From: Bacteroidales bacterium
GTDB lineage: Bacteria > Bacteroidota > Bacteroidia > Bacteroidales > WCHB1-69
Reading direction: 5' to 3'
Assembly (NCBI GenBank): GCA_017554325.1
Contig: JAFZIP010000010.1
Location: forward strand, 5,760 to 69,759
Length of the DNA stretch: 64,000 bases
Of the stretch, positions 37,607 to 48,180 are shown piece after piece; position 1 is the stretch's first letter, and the number at the start of each line of letters is the position of its first letter. The position numbers and the translations under genes are program-made. Under the pieces are notes generated by a model, which did not search any database, had not been told where the DNA came from, and worked only from the letters and a program-made list of their open reading frames with translations.

Positions 37607-39541
37607 TTATTCCAATTCCGCCTTGATGGCGTTCTGGATGAGCGTGACGAACTCGCCAAGCGGCATGGTACCATCGTTGATGTTACCGTGACGGCGCACA
37701 GAAACAGTGCCTTCTTCCTCTTCCTTCTCGCCCACGATGAGCATGTAAGGGACCTTGGCGGTTTCGGCGTCGCGGATCTTACGGCCGGTCTTCTCGCTGC
37801 GCTCGTCAATGTAGCAGCGGATATCCTGCTCGTCCAAAGCGGCGCGCACCTTCTGGGCGTAGTCCATGTACTTCTCGCTGATGGGCAGGATGACCACTTG
37901 GTCGGAGGTGAGCCACAACGGGAAGTTGCCGCCGGTGTGCTCCAGCAACACGGCCACGAAACGCTCCATGGAGCCGAACGGGGCGCGGTGAATCATCACC
38001 GGACGCTTCTTTTGACCGTCGGCATCCGTGTATTCCAGTTCAAAACGCTCCGGCAGGTTGTAATCGACTTGGACAGTACCCAACTGCCACTCACGGCCGA
38101 TGGCATCCTTCACCATGAAGTCGAGTTTCGGACCGTAGAACGCGGCCTCGCCCTCTACCTCAACGGTGTTCAGGCCCTTCTCAGCTGCAGCCTCAATGAT
38201 GGCGCGTTGTGCTTTCTCCCAGTTTTCGTCGGTACCGATGTACTTCTCCTTGTTGTTGGGATCGCGCAGGGAAACCTGAGCCTTATAGTTTTCGAACTTC
38301 AAAGTCTTGAAGATGTAGAGAATGATGTCGATGACCTTGCAGAATTCTTCCTTGATCTGGTCGGAAGTGCAATAAAGGTGGGCATCATCCTGCGTAAAGC
38401 CACGGACTCTCGTCAAACCGTGCAACTCACCGCTCTGCTCGTAACGATACACGGTACCAAACTCCGCGAGACGGAGAGGCAGCTCTTTGTAGGAGCGCGG
38501 ACGAGCGGCGAAAATCTGGCAGTGGTGCGGGCAGTTCATCGGTTTGAGGAAGAACTCCTCGCCCTCTTGCGGCGTGGTGATCGGGCGGAAGGAGTCCGCA
38601 CCGTATTTTGCATAGTGGCCAGAGGTCTTGTAAAGATTCACATTACCGATATGCGGCGTGATAACCTGCTGATAGCCATACTTTTTCTGCACTTTGCGCA
38701 AGAACTGCTCCAGGCGGTCGCGCAAAGCGGCACCCTTGGGCAGCCACAACGGCAGACCCTGTCCCACCAGCGGTGAGAAGGTGAACAATTCCATTTCACG
38801 ACCCAACTTGCGGTGGTCGCGTTTGGCAGCCTCTTCGAGGAGCGCCAAATATTCGTCCAATTCTTTCTTCTTCGGGAAAGTGACAGCATAGATACGGGTC
38901 AGCTGTTTGCGCTTCTCATCGCCACGCCAGTAGGCACCCGCCGTCTTCAGCAACTTGATGGCTTTGATGACGGAAGTGTCATGCAAGTGCGGACCACGAC
39001 AGAGGTCGGTGAACGGACCGCTCTCGTAGAAGGAGATTTGTCCATCTTCCAAACCGTCAATCAGTTCCAGCTTGTATTCATCGCCTTTCTTGGTGAAATA
39101 ATCCAGAGCATCCTGTTTGCATACTTCCTTGCGAATAAAACGGATCTTCTGGCTGGCGAGTTCTTTCATCTTCTCCTCAATTTTCGGGAAATCGTCGGAG
39201 GAGATGGTATAGTTCATAAAATCGATGTCGTAATAGAAACCAGTCTCGATGTGTGGTCCGATGCCGAACTTCACGCCCGGGTAGAGTGCCTCGATAGCAG
39301 CGGCCATCAAGTGGGCGGAACTGTGCCAGAAGGTGTCTTTACCCTCGCGGTCGTTCCAAGTATAGAGCGTGAGGGAAGCGTCCTCGTTGATGGGTTTGTC
39401 AAGTTCCACCATTTGGTCGTTCACTTTGGCCACCAACACGTTACGGGCCAGACCTTCACTAATGCTTTGGGCCACCTCATACGGAGTTATGCCCTGTTCA
39501 AATTCTTTTACTGAGCCATCAGGCAGTGTGATTTTTATCAT
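37607..39541 (-). CDS. thrS: Threonine--tRNA ligase.
   Basis: The ATG at 39541 gives [28 protein letters not shown] (TGS domain). It also has the editing domain, class II core motifs (FRHSSAH-like [16 protein letters not shown]) and the anticodon-binding C-terminus. Confidence 0.95.
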   Translation of the reverse strand: MIKITLPDGSVKEFEQGITPYEVAQSISEGLARNVLVAKVNDQMVELDKPINEDASLTLYTWNDREGKDTFWHSSAHLMAAAIEALYPGVKFGIGPHIETGFYYDIDFMNYTISSDDFPKIEEKMKELASQKIRFIRKEVCKQDALDYFTKKGDEYKLELIDGLEDGQISFYESGPFTDLCRGPHLHDTSVIKAIKLLKTAGAYWRGDEKRKQLTRIYAVTFPKKKELDEYLALLEEAAKRDHRKLGREMELFTFSPLVGQGLPLWLPKGAALRDRLEQFLRKVQKKYGYQQVITPHIGNVNLYKTSGHYAKYGADSFRPITTPQEGEEFFLKPMNCPHHCQIFAARPRSYKELPLRLAEFGTVYRYEQSGELHGLTRVRGFTQDDAHLYCTSDQIKEEFCKVIDIILYIFKTLKFENYKAQVSLRDPNNKEKYIGTDENWEKAQRAIIEAAAEKGLNTVEVEGEAAFYGPKLDFMVKDAIGREWQLGTVQVDYNLPERFELEYTDADGQKKRPVMIHRAPFGSMERFVAVLLEHTGGNFPLWLTSDQVVILPISEKYMDYAQKVRAALDEQDIRCYIDERSEKTGRKIRDAETAKVPYMLIVGEKEEEEGTVSVRRHGNINDGTMPLGEFVTLIQNAIKAELE

Positions 39542-39579
39542 GATAAACAGTTCTTGTAATTCGTTTTGCAAAAAGCCTG

Positions 39580-39587
39580 CAAAAGTA
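39580..39587 (-). promoter_or_regulatory. -7 box TActTTTG (minus strand).
   Basis: The reverse complement of caaaagta lies 39 nt upstream of the thrS ATG. Confidence 0.5.
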
Positions 39588-39621
39588 CAAAAAAAGAAGC
39601 AATGAAACAAGGGTGGAAAAA

Positions 39622-41025
39622 TCAATATCCGGCACCCGTCAATCTCATATAACGGTTATTTTTGATTTGAAGGTCGATCAAGGCATCCGTTTGTTGGTTC
39701 TGCGCTTGGAGAAGGAGGGTCTGCGCCTCAAGAAGTTCGGACACCGGGATGAGTCCGGCATCAAAGTTCGTGCGGGCTGTCTGCAAATTGGCTTGGGCAT
39801 CGCGCACCGTTGTCTCGGCCAACTCCACCTGGCTGCGGGCCTCTCCAATGTTGCACCATGCCTGACGCGTTTCCAACATCATTTTCTCAGTAAGGTCATC
39901 ACGCTCATTTTCCGCTTTCTGAATAGCATAATTCTGCTGTTTGATTTTGTGCGCCGTTTCCCACCAACCGGTGAGCGGCACTTGCAACGTTGCGAAAACC
40001 AGCGCATTGGCGGTATAACGATCGAATACCAGGTTACCGTATGAGGCAGTTGCCCCCACAAGAATATGAGGCGAGCTCTCCCCTATGGCCATTTGTTTCT
40101 TCAGTTTCTCGGCTTTCACTTGCAAATCCAGCAACGCCCTCTCCGTACGACCGTAAACGGCGTTCATTATGTCAGCATCTGTTACGGTATCATAGGTTGG
40201 CATTTCCACCGGAACCGTATCTGCAGGGGTCAGATTCTCTTCATAATCCAACCCGATCATCTGGCAGAGCAACATAGTGGAAAGTGTGATACCGTTCTCC
40301 ACTTTCAGCTGGTTTGAGCGCATTTCATTTTGTTTGAGGGTCACTTTGAGGATGTCATTCCGGGTCACCAGCCCCGCGTCTGCGGCTGCATTGACATCAC
40401 GATAAAGCGTATCCAGAAAAGTTATGGCCTGTTGCAGGGTGTTCCGTTTTTCTGTCAAGGAGACAATCTGCCAGTACGTCTCCTCCACTTGCTGCAAGAC
40501 TTGATCAATGGCAAGTTGGCTTTTCCTGTATGCCGCCGACACTCCAACGTCAGCCAGTTCGTTGCCTTTGACGATTTGTCCGCCCATAAACACGGGTTGT
40601 ACAGCCGTGGCACCCACCACCACACCGTTTTCACAGAGGGACAGGCGGTCGGGCAACCCCATCGCCGCGCCATACTCGAAATAGAGGTTATGGAGCCATT
40701 GCCGTGCAGTCGCATTGCCAATGTCATCAATGCCGTACTCGATGAGCGGCTTAGCTGCGTCATACACGCCCGCCATAGCGCTTACCTGCGGGAAATATTT
40801 CGTCCGTGCCTGCTTTTTCACCTCTTGGGCCGCTCTTACGTCCAGCCGTGCATTCACCACTGCGGCATTATTGCGCCTAGCCAATGCCTTGCAACTGTCT
40901 AACGAAAGGCTTTGGGCCGACAGGCTGCCAATGGCCACAAACAACAACAGAATTACCATTTGTAGAGACGCAATGCATTGCGTCTCTACAGGCATTATAA
41001 TATTTCCATGTTTAAATTTCATCAT
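39622..41025 (-). CDS. TolC-family outer membrane efflux protein.
   Basis: It has two OEP repeats ([24 protein letters not shown]..., ...[29 protein letters not shown]). The ATG ATG at 41025/41022 overlaps the RND stop (ATGATGA). An alternative start at 40959 would place the GTAG palindrome outside the CDS. Confidence 0.8.
   Translation of the reverse strand: MMKFKHGNIIMPVETQCIASLQMVILLLFVAIGSLSAQSLSLDSCKALARRNNAAVVNARLDVRAAQEVKKQARTKYFPQVSAMAGVYDAAKPLIEYGIDDIGNATARQWLHNLYFEYGAAMGLPDRLSLCENGVVVGATAVQPVFMGGQIVKGNELADVGVSAAYRKSQLAIDQVLQQVEETYWQIVSLTEKRNTLQQAITFLDTLYRDVNAAADAGLVTRNDILKVTLKQNEMRSNQLKVENGITLSTMLLCQMIGLDYEENLTPADTVPVEMPTYDTVTDADIMNAVYGRTERALLDLQVKAEKLKKQMAIGESSPHILVGATASYGNLVFDRYTANALVFATLQVPLTGWWETAHKIKQQNYAIQKAENERDDLTEKMMLETRQAWCNIGEARSQVELAETTVRDAQANLQTARTNFDAGLIPVSELLEAQTLLLQAQNQQTDALIDLQIKNNRYMRLTGAGY
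40961..40990. repeat. 30-bp perfect GTAG-type palindrome.
   Basis: The sequence is TGTAGAGACGCAATGCATTGCGTCTCTACA. It lies 32 nt downstream of the RND stop, inside the longest TolC reading frame, where it encodes [11 protein letters not shown]. Confidence 0.8.
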
Positions 41026-44000
41026 TTTGCATTTTTGAAAATCTGCCAATAGGCCACGGGAAGGACCGTAACGACCAATGGCAACGAGAAAATGGTTCCG
41101 AAGCAGATCACCACGCCCATCGGCATCCACAAGGATGTATGCGCCACAATCATGGGCACGACACCCAATGCGGTGGTGGCAGAGGTAAGGAAGATGGGCC
41201 GCATACGTCGTTTGCCCGCCTGGAAGCCCGCCTCACGGGAACTCAGATGGTGGTTTTTCCGCAAATCCTCGGCATACTCGAACATGATGATGGCATTGCG
41301 TACAATGATGCCTATGAGGCTCACCACGCCCAGCACTGCCGTGATGCTGAAGTCGAGTTGGAACACCCATAAGCCCAAACAGGCTCCGAACACGCATATC
41401 AGGCTGGCCGACAGCGTAAGGAATACAATATCCAGTTTGCCAAAATGATACAACTGGAAGACGAACAACACCAATACGGCCGCTAAAAAGCTCAAGGCGA
41501 TCTGCGGGATCACCTGCCCATTGACATTGGTAAGGCCGCCATAAGAGACCTCCACGCCCTGCGGGAGGGCAGGTTTCAGTTCTTTTTCAACGTAATTGTC
41601 AATCTTTTTCATCACTTCAGGCTGGCTGAAACCATATTTGAGGTCGGCGCCGACCGTAATGGTGCGGATGCTGTTACGACGATTGATGACGGCATCGTGC
41701 CATTCCGGCCCCACATCGGCCACTTGGCGGAGCGGCACCCATGTCCCGGGGATGGAGGTGGGCACCAGAAAATCTTCCAGACCTTCATAACTGGAGCTAT
41801 CGCCCACGTTCTGCGTGTAAAGCATCACGGGCACCTTGTAGTCGCCCTCCCACACATTGGTCAGGTTCTGACCACCCAGTGCAGATGATAGATAGAGCGA
41901 CAACATGCTCTGCGTCACGCCGAGTCGCGAAGCCTCGTCGCTCTTCAGTGTCACTTTGACATTCTGGGAGGTTTCATCCATGTCTGAATGCACCCAGGTC
42001 AATTCCGGAAGTGTATTCATGAAGTTTTTCAAGGAATCCGCCACCGGCTTCATGTCGCAGAAGTCGTTGCCCGACAGCCGGACCTCAACCGGATTCTTCA
42101 CCGCTTGATAGTCAATCTGCTTGAAACGGATATAGGCATTCGGAAAATGGTTCTCATATTCCGGTCCATATTCCCTAATGATTTTCAGAGTGTTTTCTTC
42201 CGAAGTGGTATTGACAATAAATTGCGCATAGTTCTTATGAGCCATCTGCGGTGCGTAGGTGGCATGGAAACGCGGGGACGAGCAGCCCACAAAAGAAGTC
42301 ACGGATTCCACGCGTGGGTCGGCGCGCAGCACCACCTCCATGCTGTCCGCGATAGCCTCTGTCTGCTCCAGCGTGCTCCCCTCGGCCAGATGCATCTCCA
42401 CAGCGAAGCAGTTGCGGTCGGCTTTTGGCAACATCTGGATTTGTAGCCGGGTAAAAAGAAACGCGCCTAAGGCCACTGCGCCCAAAGCCGTGCATATCAC
42501 CACAGCGGGATGCCGGAAACAATGGGTCAGCACCTTTTCATAAAGATTCTGCAACAAGACAAAGAATCGGTTCTGCGCTGTCTCGAAACGGTTGGGCGCA
42601 ATGCCGTCCTTGTTCCGTTTGATAAACACCGTGGAAAGATAGGGAATCACCCATACGGCATAGAAAATGGAGCACACCAATGCAAAGAGCACCGTCCAGG
42701 GGAAGAGTTGCACAAAATCGCCCAACGGCCCTGTGATGATGCGCGTCATGGGAAAAAACATGCCCGAGATGGCCAGCGTGGCCAGCGACATGGGCACGAA
42801 GAGTATCTTGGTGCTGGTAACGGCAGAGTTCCACCTCGAATAGCCGCGTTGCAACATGTCGGTGTAGCCGTCGATGACAATGACGGAATCATCCACAATC
42901 ATGCCCAACACCACAATGAGGGCGGCAAGGGTGACTGTATTCAGCTCAATGCCACAGATGTACATCAGGCCCATGGTGACAGCCGTACAGACGGGCACGC
43001 TGGACCCAGACACCAAGGCGGTGCGCAGCGGGAACAGCAACAGCATCACGGCTATCACCACCAAGATGGAAAACACCAGGTCGCGCAAGAAGGACATCAC
43101 CGACTTGTTGACCACGCGCGGCTGGTTGGTGATCTTGTGCATGTTCACGTCTGGTGGCAGCGTCTGTTTGCACTTGTCAATCTCCTTTTCCACCTTTTTG
43201 CCAAAGGCCACGATATTGTTACCAGGTGCCATCTCCATGGAGATCAGCACCGTAGGGGTGCCGTTGTACTTGATGAAGTTCTTCGGCGGAGCATAACGGC
43301 GGTCGATGGAAGCTATGTCGCGCAGGCGCACCACATTGCCTGCCGGGTCGGCGAAGACAATCTGCTCGCCCACCTCATACTCCGACTGGTACGGAATGGC
43401 AATATGCACTTGCGCCTCGCCTGCCTCGTTTTCCACGCTGCCGCCCACCGTGCGCAGGCCTTGCGTGGCTAACTCCACCAACAATGCACGCTGGCTGATG
43501 CCATACGCCGCCAGTTTCTCCTGATCCACACGCACAACAATCTCTTCATTCTGCTGCCCTAAGATTTTGATATTGCCCATCTCCGGGATGGAACGCAAAC
43601 GGTCGCACAATTGTTCAGCATACTCCTCCAGCTCGCGCGGCGTGCGCTCGGGCGAGTCCACCGTGAGCAACATGGAAGAGGTGTTGCCGAAGTCGTCCAC
43701 CACCACAATCTCCAACACACCCGCCGGCAGGGAGGTCTTCTTGAACAGCTGAAGTCCGTGCCGTATCTTCGACCACGCACCATCCTTGTCTTTCACCGAC
43801 GTGCGCAACTCGGCATAAACATACACAATGCCGTTCTCGGTCACCGAGTAGGTCTTGTCCTTGTCAATCTCCTCGTAAGTGAACAAAAACCGTTCCAGCG
43901 GCTTGGTCACTTGCTCCTCCACCTCCTGCGAAGACGCGCCGGGGTAAACCGCCGCCACCACGCCCTGACGGATCGTGAACTGGGGAAACTCATCTTTGTT

Positions 44001-44105
44001 CATCTGGGTAAGCCCGAAAATGCCGAACAGCACCAAACAAGCCACCAGAAAGAAGATGATGTTGTGGCTGCGCATGGCGGATAATATGTGGTTGCGGGGA
44101 ATCAA
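41022..44105 (-). CDS. Efflux RND transporter permease subunit (AcrB/HAE family).
   Basis: About 1020 aa, with 12-TM RND topology and two large periplasmic loops. The start is either TTG at 44105 or ATG at 44075. Confidence 0.9.
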   Translation of the reverse strand: MIPRNHILSAMRSHNIIFFLVACLVLFGIFGLTQMNKDEFPQFTIRQGVVAAVYPGASSQEVEEQVTKPLERFLFTYEEIDKDKTYSVTENGIVYVYAELRTSVKDKDGAWSKIRHGLQLFKKTSLPAGVLEIVVVDDFGNTSSMLLTVDSPERTPRELEEYAEQLCDRLRSIPEMGNIKILGQQNEEIVVRVDQEKLAAYGISQRALLVELATQGLRTVGGSVENEAGEAQVHIAIPYQSEYEVGEQIVFADPAGNVVRLRDIASIDRRYAPPKNFIKYNGTPTVLISMEMAPGNNIVAFGKKVEKEIDKCKQTLPPDVNMHKITNQPRVVNKSVMSFLRDLVFSILVVIAVMLLLFPLRTALVSGSSVPVCTAVTMGLMYICGIELNTVTLAALIVVLGMIVDDSVIVIDGYTDMLQRGYSRWNSAVTSTKILFVPMSLATLAISGMFFPMTRIITGPLGDFVQLFPWTVLFALVCSIFYAVWVIPYLSTVFIKRNKDGIAPNRFETAQNRFFVLLQNLYEKVLTHCFRHPAVVICTALGAVALGAFLFTRLQIQMLPKADRNCFAVEMHLAEGSTLEQTEAIADSMEVVLRADPRVESVTSFVGCSSPRFHATYAPQMAHKNYAQFIVNTTSEENTLKIIREYGPEYENHFPNAYIRFKQIDYQAVKNPVEVRLSGNDFCDMKPVADSLKNFMNTLPELTWVHSDMDETSQNVKVTLKSDEASRLGVTQSMLSLYLSSALGGQNLTNVWEGDYKVPVMLYTQNVGDSSSYEGLEDFLVPTSIPGTWVPLRQVADVGPEWHDAVINRRNSIRTITVGADLKYGFSQPEVMKKIDNYVEKELKPALPQGVEVSYGGLTNVNGQVIPQIALSFLAAVLVLFVFQLYHFGKLDIVFLTLSASLICVFGACLGLWVFQLDFSITAVLGVVSLIGIIVRNAIIMFEYAEDLRKNHHLSSREAGFQAGKRRMRPIFLTSATTALGVVPMIVAHTSLWMPMGVVICFGTIFSLPLVVTVLPVAYWQIFKNAK

Positions 44106-44214
44106 AAGAGATTAGAGATTAGAGATTAAAGTTTAGAGTTTTGGATATGGGGTTAGTTGGTTAAGTATTTAAGGAATTAAGAAACTAAGGACTTTTAATA
44201 ATGGTCATCGATCA
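44106..44214. repeat. C-free purine-rich word-repeat spacer, (AGAGATT)n / TTAGAG / TTAAG.
   Basis: There is no C from 44104 to 44184. The sequence begins aaagagattagagattagagattaaagtttagagtt. It lies between the MFP and RND genes. Confidence 0.75.
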
Positions 44215-45249
44215 TCAGTCTTCAGTCTTGATTATGGCTCCTGAGTATAGCTTCTGCATTCCGGCGGTGATGACGGTGTCGCCCGAGGCAAGGCCGGAGG
44301 AGACTAGCACGCCATTGGCCACGAATTCAGTGGAGGTGATAACTCGGCGTTGTGCCCTGCCGTTCCTGACCACCCATACTGACAAGCCTTCGGGGCGCGT
44401 CTGCACGCACTTCGCGGGCACAATGAAGCCCCGGCTGTCAGGTTGTTCCAGCAACACCTTGCACACCATGCCAGGCAACAGGGATTTGTCCGCATTTGGG
44501 AAGGCAATTTTCACCTGATAGCTATGGGACACGCGAGAAGAGGTGACGCTACGCTCGGTAATCCGTCCCGTGAGCATCTTGTTATCCAAAGCTGGTACAT
44601 AAACGTATGCTTCTTTGCCCACTTCCACAGTGGATATTTCACTCTCTGGCACGGAAAAGGTTACCGACACTTTACCCATGTCAAGCAGCGTCATCGCGGG
44701 CTCGCCGGGCAGCATTGTGCCGCCCACCTTGGCATTGCACGTACCTACCACGCCAGATATGGGGGCCGTCATCCGGCACTCGTCGAGCTGTTTCTTGGCG
44801 ATTTGCTCCAGCGCACGGGCCTGATCCAGTTTGGTTTGCATCTCCACCCATTTCACTTCAGCCAGACTGCCCTTGTCGTACACTTTTTTCAAACGCTGAT
44901 AGGCATCTTCTGCCTGTTGCAAGGAGGCCTTGGCCGAGTTGTAAGCATTCTGGGCGTTGCTGTTGTTGATCTCCGCCAGCAACTGACCAGCATGCACGTA
45001 ATCGCCTTCGCGCACATACACGCGATCCACCCTGCCGCCGGCCGGAAAGCTCATCGCCACCGAAAGGTTCTCTTCCACCTCGCCCACGTACGTGCGCGTG
45101 AGTCCGCCCGACACCGTGTCAATAGACAACACCTCCACGGCAACGGGGGTGAGCTCTCGCTTCGGCGCCTCATGCTTGCACGAACCTTGGACGAGCACCA
45201 AAACACCGCACAAGCACAACACAAACGATTGTTTCAATACGTTTTTCAT
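44215..45249 (-). CDS. Efflux RND transporter periplasmic adaptor subunit (MFP).
   Basis: 344 aa. It has a lipoprotein-like signal (LCLCGVLVLVQGSC), a biotinyl-lipoyl-like hairpin and beta-barrel motifs. Confidence 0.85.
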   Translation of the reverse strand: MKNVLKQSFVLCLCGVLVLVQGSCKHEAPKRELTPVAVEVLSIDTVSGGLTRTYVGEVEENLSVAMSFPAGGRVDRVYVREGDYVHAGQLLAEINNSNAQNAYNSAKASLQQAEDAYQRLKKVYDKGSLAEVKWVEMQTKLDQARALEQIAKKQLDECRMTAPISGVVGTCNAKVGGTMLPGEPAMTLLDMGKVSVTFSVPESEISTVEVGKEAYVYVPALDNKMLTGRITERSVTSSRVSHSYQVKIAFPNADKSLLPGMVCKVLLEQPDSRGFIVPAKCVQTRPEGLSVWVVRNGRAQRRVITSTEFVANGVLVSSGLASGDTVITAGMQKLYSGAIIKTED

Positions 45250-45256
45250 CTTACCC

Positions 45257-45766
45257 TCAGTTTCTTTCTGCGATTATCTTCATCTTAGGACCATTCAGCA
45301 ACACCGTGTCGTTGCCACTCTGATGGCCTGTCCACTGTTCGTCAATCATCAGGATGTCGTCATTGAGCTGACCGCCGCCGGAAGCACGAATGGCATACAC
45401 TATGGAGAGCGTGTTGTCGCCAGAAAAGAGATCCGGACTACTATCGGATATCAGGATGTTCGTGCTGAACTCGTAAGGAAGAATCACGATGGAATCGCCC
45501 TCCACGGTTGCCGGAATAGTATAGCAGCCGCCATTCATCTCATTCATGGTGATGATCAGTCTGTTGGCATGAGACTTGTCCTCCAGAATGTTCATCTGCC
45601 CGTTTTTATGGACAAGGCGATAACTTATGTTTCCATCTTCGCCCACGATGGAGACTTCTCCGGAGAGTTTGTAGCTGTAATTTCCTGTAAACTGCTTGAC
45701 CTCGCGGTTGCATGACGTGAAAATCACCACAATCGAAAAGAGAATCCACAATATCTTTCTGTTCAT
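45257..45766 (-). CDS. Hypothetical lipoprotein.
   Basis: MNRKILWILFSIVVIFTSC is a lipobox. The gene ends 7 nt upstream of the MFP gene, so it is probably in the same operon. Confidence 0.5.
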   Translation of the reverse strand: MNRKILWILFSIVVIFTSCNREVKQFTGNYSYKLSGEVSIVGEDGNISYRLVHKNGQMNILEDKSHANRLIITMNEMNGGCYTIPATVEGDSIVILPYEFSTNILISDSSPDLFSGDNTLSIVYAIRASGGGQLNDDILMIDEQWTGHQSGNDTVLLNGPKMKIIAERN

Positions 45767-45780
45767 AGTTTATGAAATTT

Positions 45781-46332
45781 TTAAAAATCAGACTCCACTT
45801 CCTGCAGGTCAATGATGGAGTTTTTTCCGTCGATATAGGACAACACCAACGGGAAATTGGCGCGATAACTGCATTGCGACAGCACCAGACGATTGCACTG
45901 GTGAGTTTCCGCATCCTCGTTCAACCGCCAAACGATATAGTCTGTAGTGAATTTGGCATACTTTTCCTCTTCTTTCAACTTATTGTATTCCTTGTTGTTT
46001 TCGCCATATTTATCCAACAGTGTCTTCTTCAGGTTTTCATACGTATAACTGGTGCTCCGGTTGAAATTCACAACGACAATATACACCAAGTGGGTTTTGG
46101 CTGCGGCACGGATCTCAATCTTCACACGCTCGCCGCCAAACGTGCCTTTCATGAACACCGTATTGGGATGATTGTTGTTGGGCTCCTGCGTAAACCCCTT
46201 GCCTTTCAACTTGTTGACAAACGTGTTCATGGTACAGTTCATGCTGATACCCAAGAATTTCATAGGTTGCTCTTGGGCCGACAAGCCTCCGACCATCAGG
46301 AACATCGTTAAAATGAGAATGATTCTTTTCAT
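45781..46332 (-). CDS. Hypothetical secreted protein.
   Basis: The ATG at 46332 gives the signal peptide MKRIILILTMFLMVGGLSAQ. A TAttTTTG box (complement of 46360-46367) lies 28 nt upstream. Confidence 0.5.
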   Translation of the reverse strand: MKRIILILTMFLMVGGLSAQEQPMKFLGISMNCTMNTFVNKLKGKGFTQEPNNNHPNTVFMKGTFGGERVKIEIRAAAKTHLVYIVVVNFNRSTSYTYENLKKTLLDKYGENNKEYNKLKEEEKYAKFTTDYIVWRLNEDAETHQCNRLVLSQCSYRANFPLVLSYIDGKNSIIDLQEVESDF

Positions 46333-46428
46333 CGAAAACAACATATTGGTTTGACGGGGCAAAAATACAAATTTAGGGGACAGGTAACAGGGGCCAGGGG
46401 ACAGTACAAGTCCTTTTTAATAATTTTG

Positions 46429-46436
46429 TATTTTTG
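46429..46436 (+). promoter_or_regulatory. -7 box, TAttTTTG.
   Basis: Exact match 27 nt upstream of the ATG at 46463. Confidence 0.5.
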
Positions 46437-46462
46437 CACTTGTTTTTGAAATCCATCCGAGT

Positions 46463-47155
46463 ATGAAAAAATCCGACATTCTGGTTATCGCCATCGTCAT
46501 CATCGTGCTGCTTCCATTTTTTATCTTCCAGCCAGTTTATGACGTTTTCTGCACCCTCACCATGCTGTATCCCTTGTGGATGGCCTTTTTGAAATTCGGC
46601 ATTCTGGCCACCTTCGGGGAGATGTTAGGCCAGCGCATCAAGACCGGCCAGTATTACCATAAAGGATTCGGATTGTTCCCGAAGTTCATCGTTTGGGGTC
46701 TGCTCGGCATGTGGATTGCTTTGGCAATGAGTGTCTTCAAAGTCGGCATCCCCGCATTCATGGAAAAAGCCAGCTGCTTTGCCGGCGTATCTGATGCCAT
46801 GAAAGGCGATTTCACCTGGTTGAAACTGGCTGGCGCCTTTTTTGTGAGCGTGATGATGAATACCTCTTTCGCGCCGGTGTTCATGACTGTCCACAAGATT
46901 TGCGATATGCACATTGCAGAATATGACGGCAAGGCTGTCAGTCTGGTCCGCCCCGTGAAGGTAAGCCAACACATCCAGAATTTAAATTGGGACGTGCAAT
47001 GGAATTTCGTTTTCAAGAAGACCATCCCGCTGTTCTGGATTCCCGCGCACACGCTCACGTTCTGCCTGCCCGGCGAGTTCCAGGTGCTCTTCGCCGCCTT
47101 CTGCAGCATCATCCTCGGCCTGTTCCTGTCGATTGCCGCAATGAAGAAGCAATAG
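46463..47155 (+). CDS. Hypothetical polytopic membrane protein.
   Basis: 230 aa with about 6 hydrophobic helices. I recognise no family. Confidence 0.5.
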   Translation: MKKSDILVIAIVIIVLLPFFIFQPVYDVFCTLTMLYPLWMAFLKFGILATFGEMLGQRIKTGQYYHKGFGLFPKFIVWGLLGMWIALAMSVFKVGIPAFMEKASCFAGVSDAMKGDFTWLKLAGAFFVSVMMNTSFAPVFMTVHKICDMHIAEYDGKAVSLVRPVKVSQHIQNLNWDVQWNFVFKKTIPLFWIPAHTLTFCLPGEFQVLFAAFCSIILGLFLSIAAMKKQ

Positions 47156-47193
47156 GGATTCCCCTATCCCACTGTTGTTGAACTTCCGTGCCG

Positions 47194-47667
47194 TTACCGC
47201 AGGGTGTTGACGACCGAAGGTGTCCACGCTTTCAGGAATTCGGACACCTTTGCCTCGCTGTAGCCTTTTCCTTCCTCCAGATAGGCAGAATTCTGAATAT
47301 GGATAGGCTTTCCTGAAGCATCCAAAATCACGAACACAGGAAATCCGAAGCGAGCCGGGTTGCCCAGGTATTTCATCGCTTCAGGGTTCTTGTTCTCCCG
47401 CGACCAGTTGACATGGATATAGACGAAATTCTCCTGGATAATATCATGGACCAGCGTGTCGCTTTCCGCAAACGCCGCAAAGCGCAGGCACCAGGGGCAC
47501 CAGTTGCCACCCACCTGGCAGAGCACGTATTTGTTCTCCGCCGCCGCCTTCTTCACAGCAGTGTTGATCTGCTGCATGGCATCCGCCTTGTCATCGTAAA
47601 TATTCTGCTGCGCCGACAGTTGCAGCATTGCCAGCAGGGTAAAAGTCAATAGGATAATCTTTTTCAT
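47194..47667 (-). CDS. Thioredoxin-fold protein (secreted, CPWC motif).
   Basis: The ATG at 47667 gives the signal peptide MKKIILLTFTLLAMLQLSAQ. The redox motif is VGGNWCPWCLRF. A TAtcTTTG box (complement of 47690-47697) lies upstream. Confidence 0.75.
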   Translation of the reverse strand: MKKIILLTFTLLAMLQLSAQQNIYDDKADAMQQINTAVKKAAAENKYVLCQVGGNWCPWCLRFAAFAESDTLVHDIIQENFVYIHVNWSRENKNPEAMKYLGNPARFGFPVFVILDASGKPIHIQNSAYLEEGKGYSEAKVSEFLKAWTPSVVNTLR

Positions 47668-47744
47668 AATACATAGTATAAACGCGGGGCAAAGATACTT
47701 CTTTTTTATTTTTGCGTCCATTCGGTAATAAGAAGAAAAAAACG

Positions 47745-47752
47745 TATTTTTG
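47745..47752 (+). promoter_or_regulatory. -7 box, TAttTTTG.
   Basis: Exact match 22 nt upstream of the hicB ATG at 47774. Confidence 0.5.
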
Positions 47753-47773
47753 CACAAACAATTACATATAGAA

Positions 47774-47989
47774 ATGGATTATACTATTATTATACAAAAA
47801 AATGAAAGCGGTTGGTACACTGGTCAGTGCGAGCAGGTGCCAGAAGCCATTTCTCAAGGGGAGACACTTGAGGAATTGAAAGAAAACATGGCAGATGCCA
47901 TCAAAATGGTGATTGAATACAAAAAAGAAGAAACCAGAAAACAATATTTTGGGAAAAGATTTTTCCGCCGCCGTGTCGCCGTACTATGA
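47774..47989 (+). CDS. hicB: HicB-family antitoxin (UPF0150).
   Basis: MDYTIIIQKNESGWYTGQCEQVPEAISQGETLEELKENMADAIKMVIE is the classic HicB N-terminal domain pattern. It overlaps the next gene by ATGA. Confidence 0.8.
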   Translation: MDYTIIIQKNESGWYTGQCEQVPEAISQGETLEELKENMADAIKMVIEYKKEETRKQYFGKRFFRRRVAVL

Positions 47990-48180
47990 AACGCATGCTA
48001 TTAATAAAGCATTTAACCGCGAACAACTGTGTATTGCTCCGTGAAGGTAAAAAACACAGTCTGTATAAGAACATGTCTAATGGCAAGTTCACAGCAGTTC
48101 CGAGACATCCAGACATTCAAGAAATTACAGTAAAAAAGATCTGCAATCAATTGGACATTCCAATATCAAAGATTAACTAA
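47986..48180 (+). CDS. hicA: HicA-family mRNA interferase toxin.
   Basis: 64 aa. The pattern L..L...GC.L.REGKKHSLY......KFTAVPRHPDIQEITVKKICNQLDI is the YcfA/HicA pattern. Confidence 0.75.
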   Translation: MKRMLLIKHLTANNCVLLREGKKHSLYKNMSNGKFTAVPRHPDIQEITVKKICNQLDIPISKIN

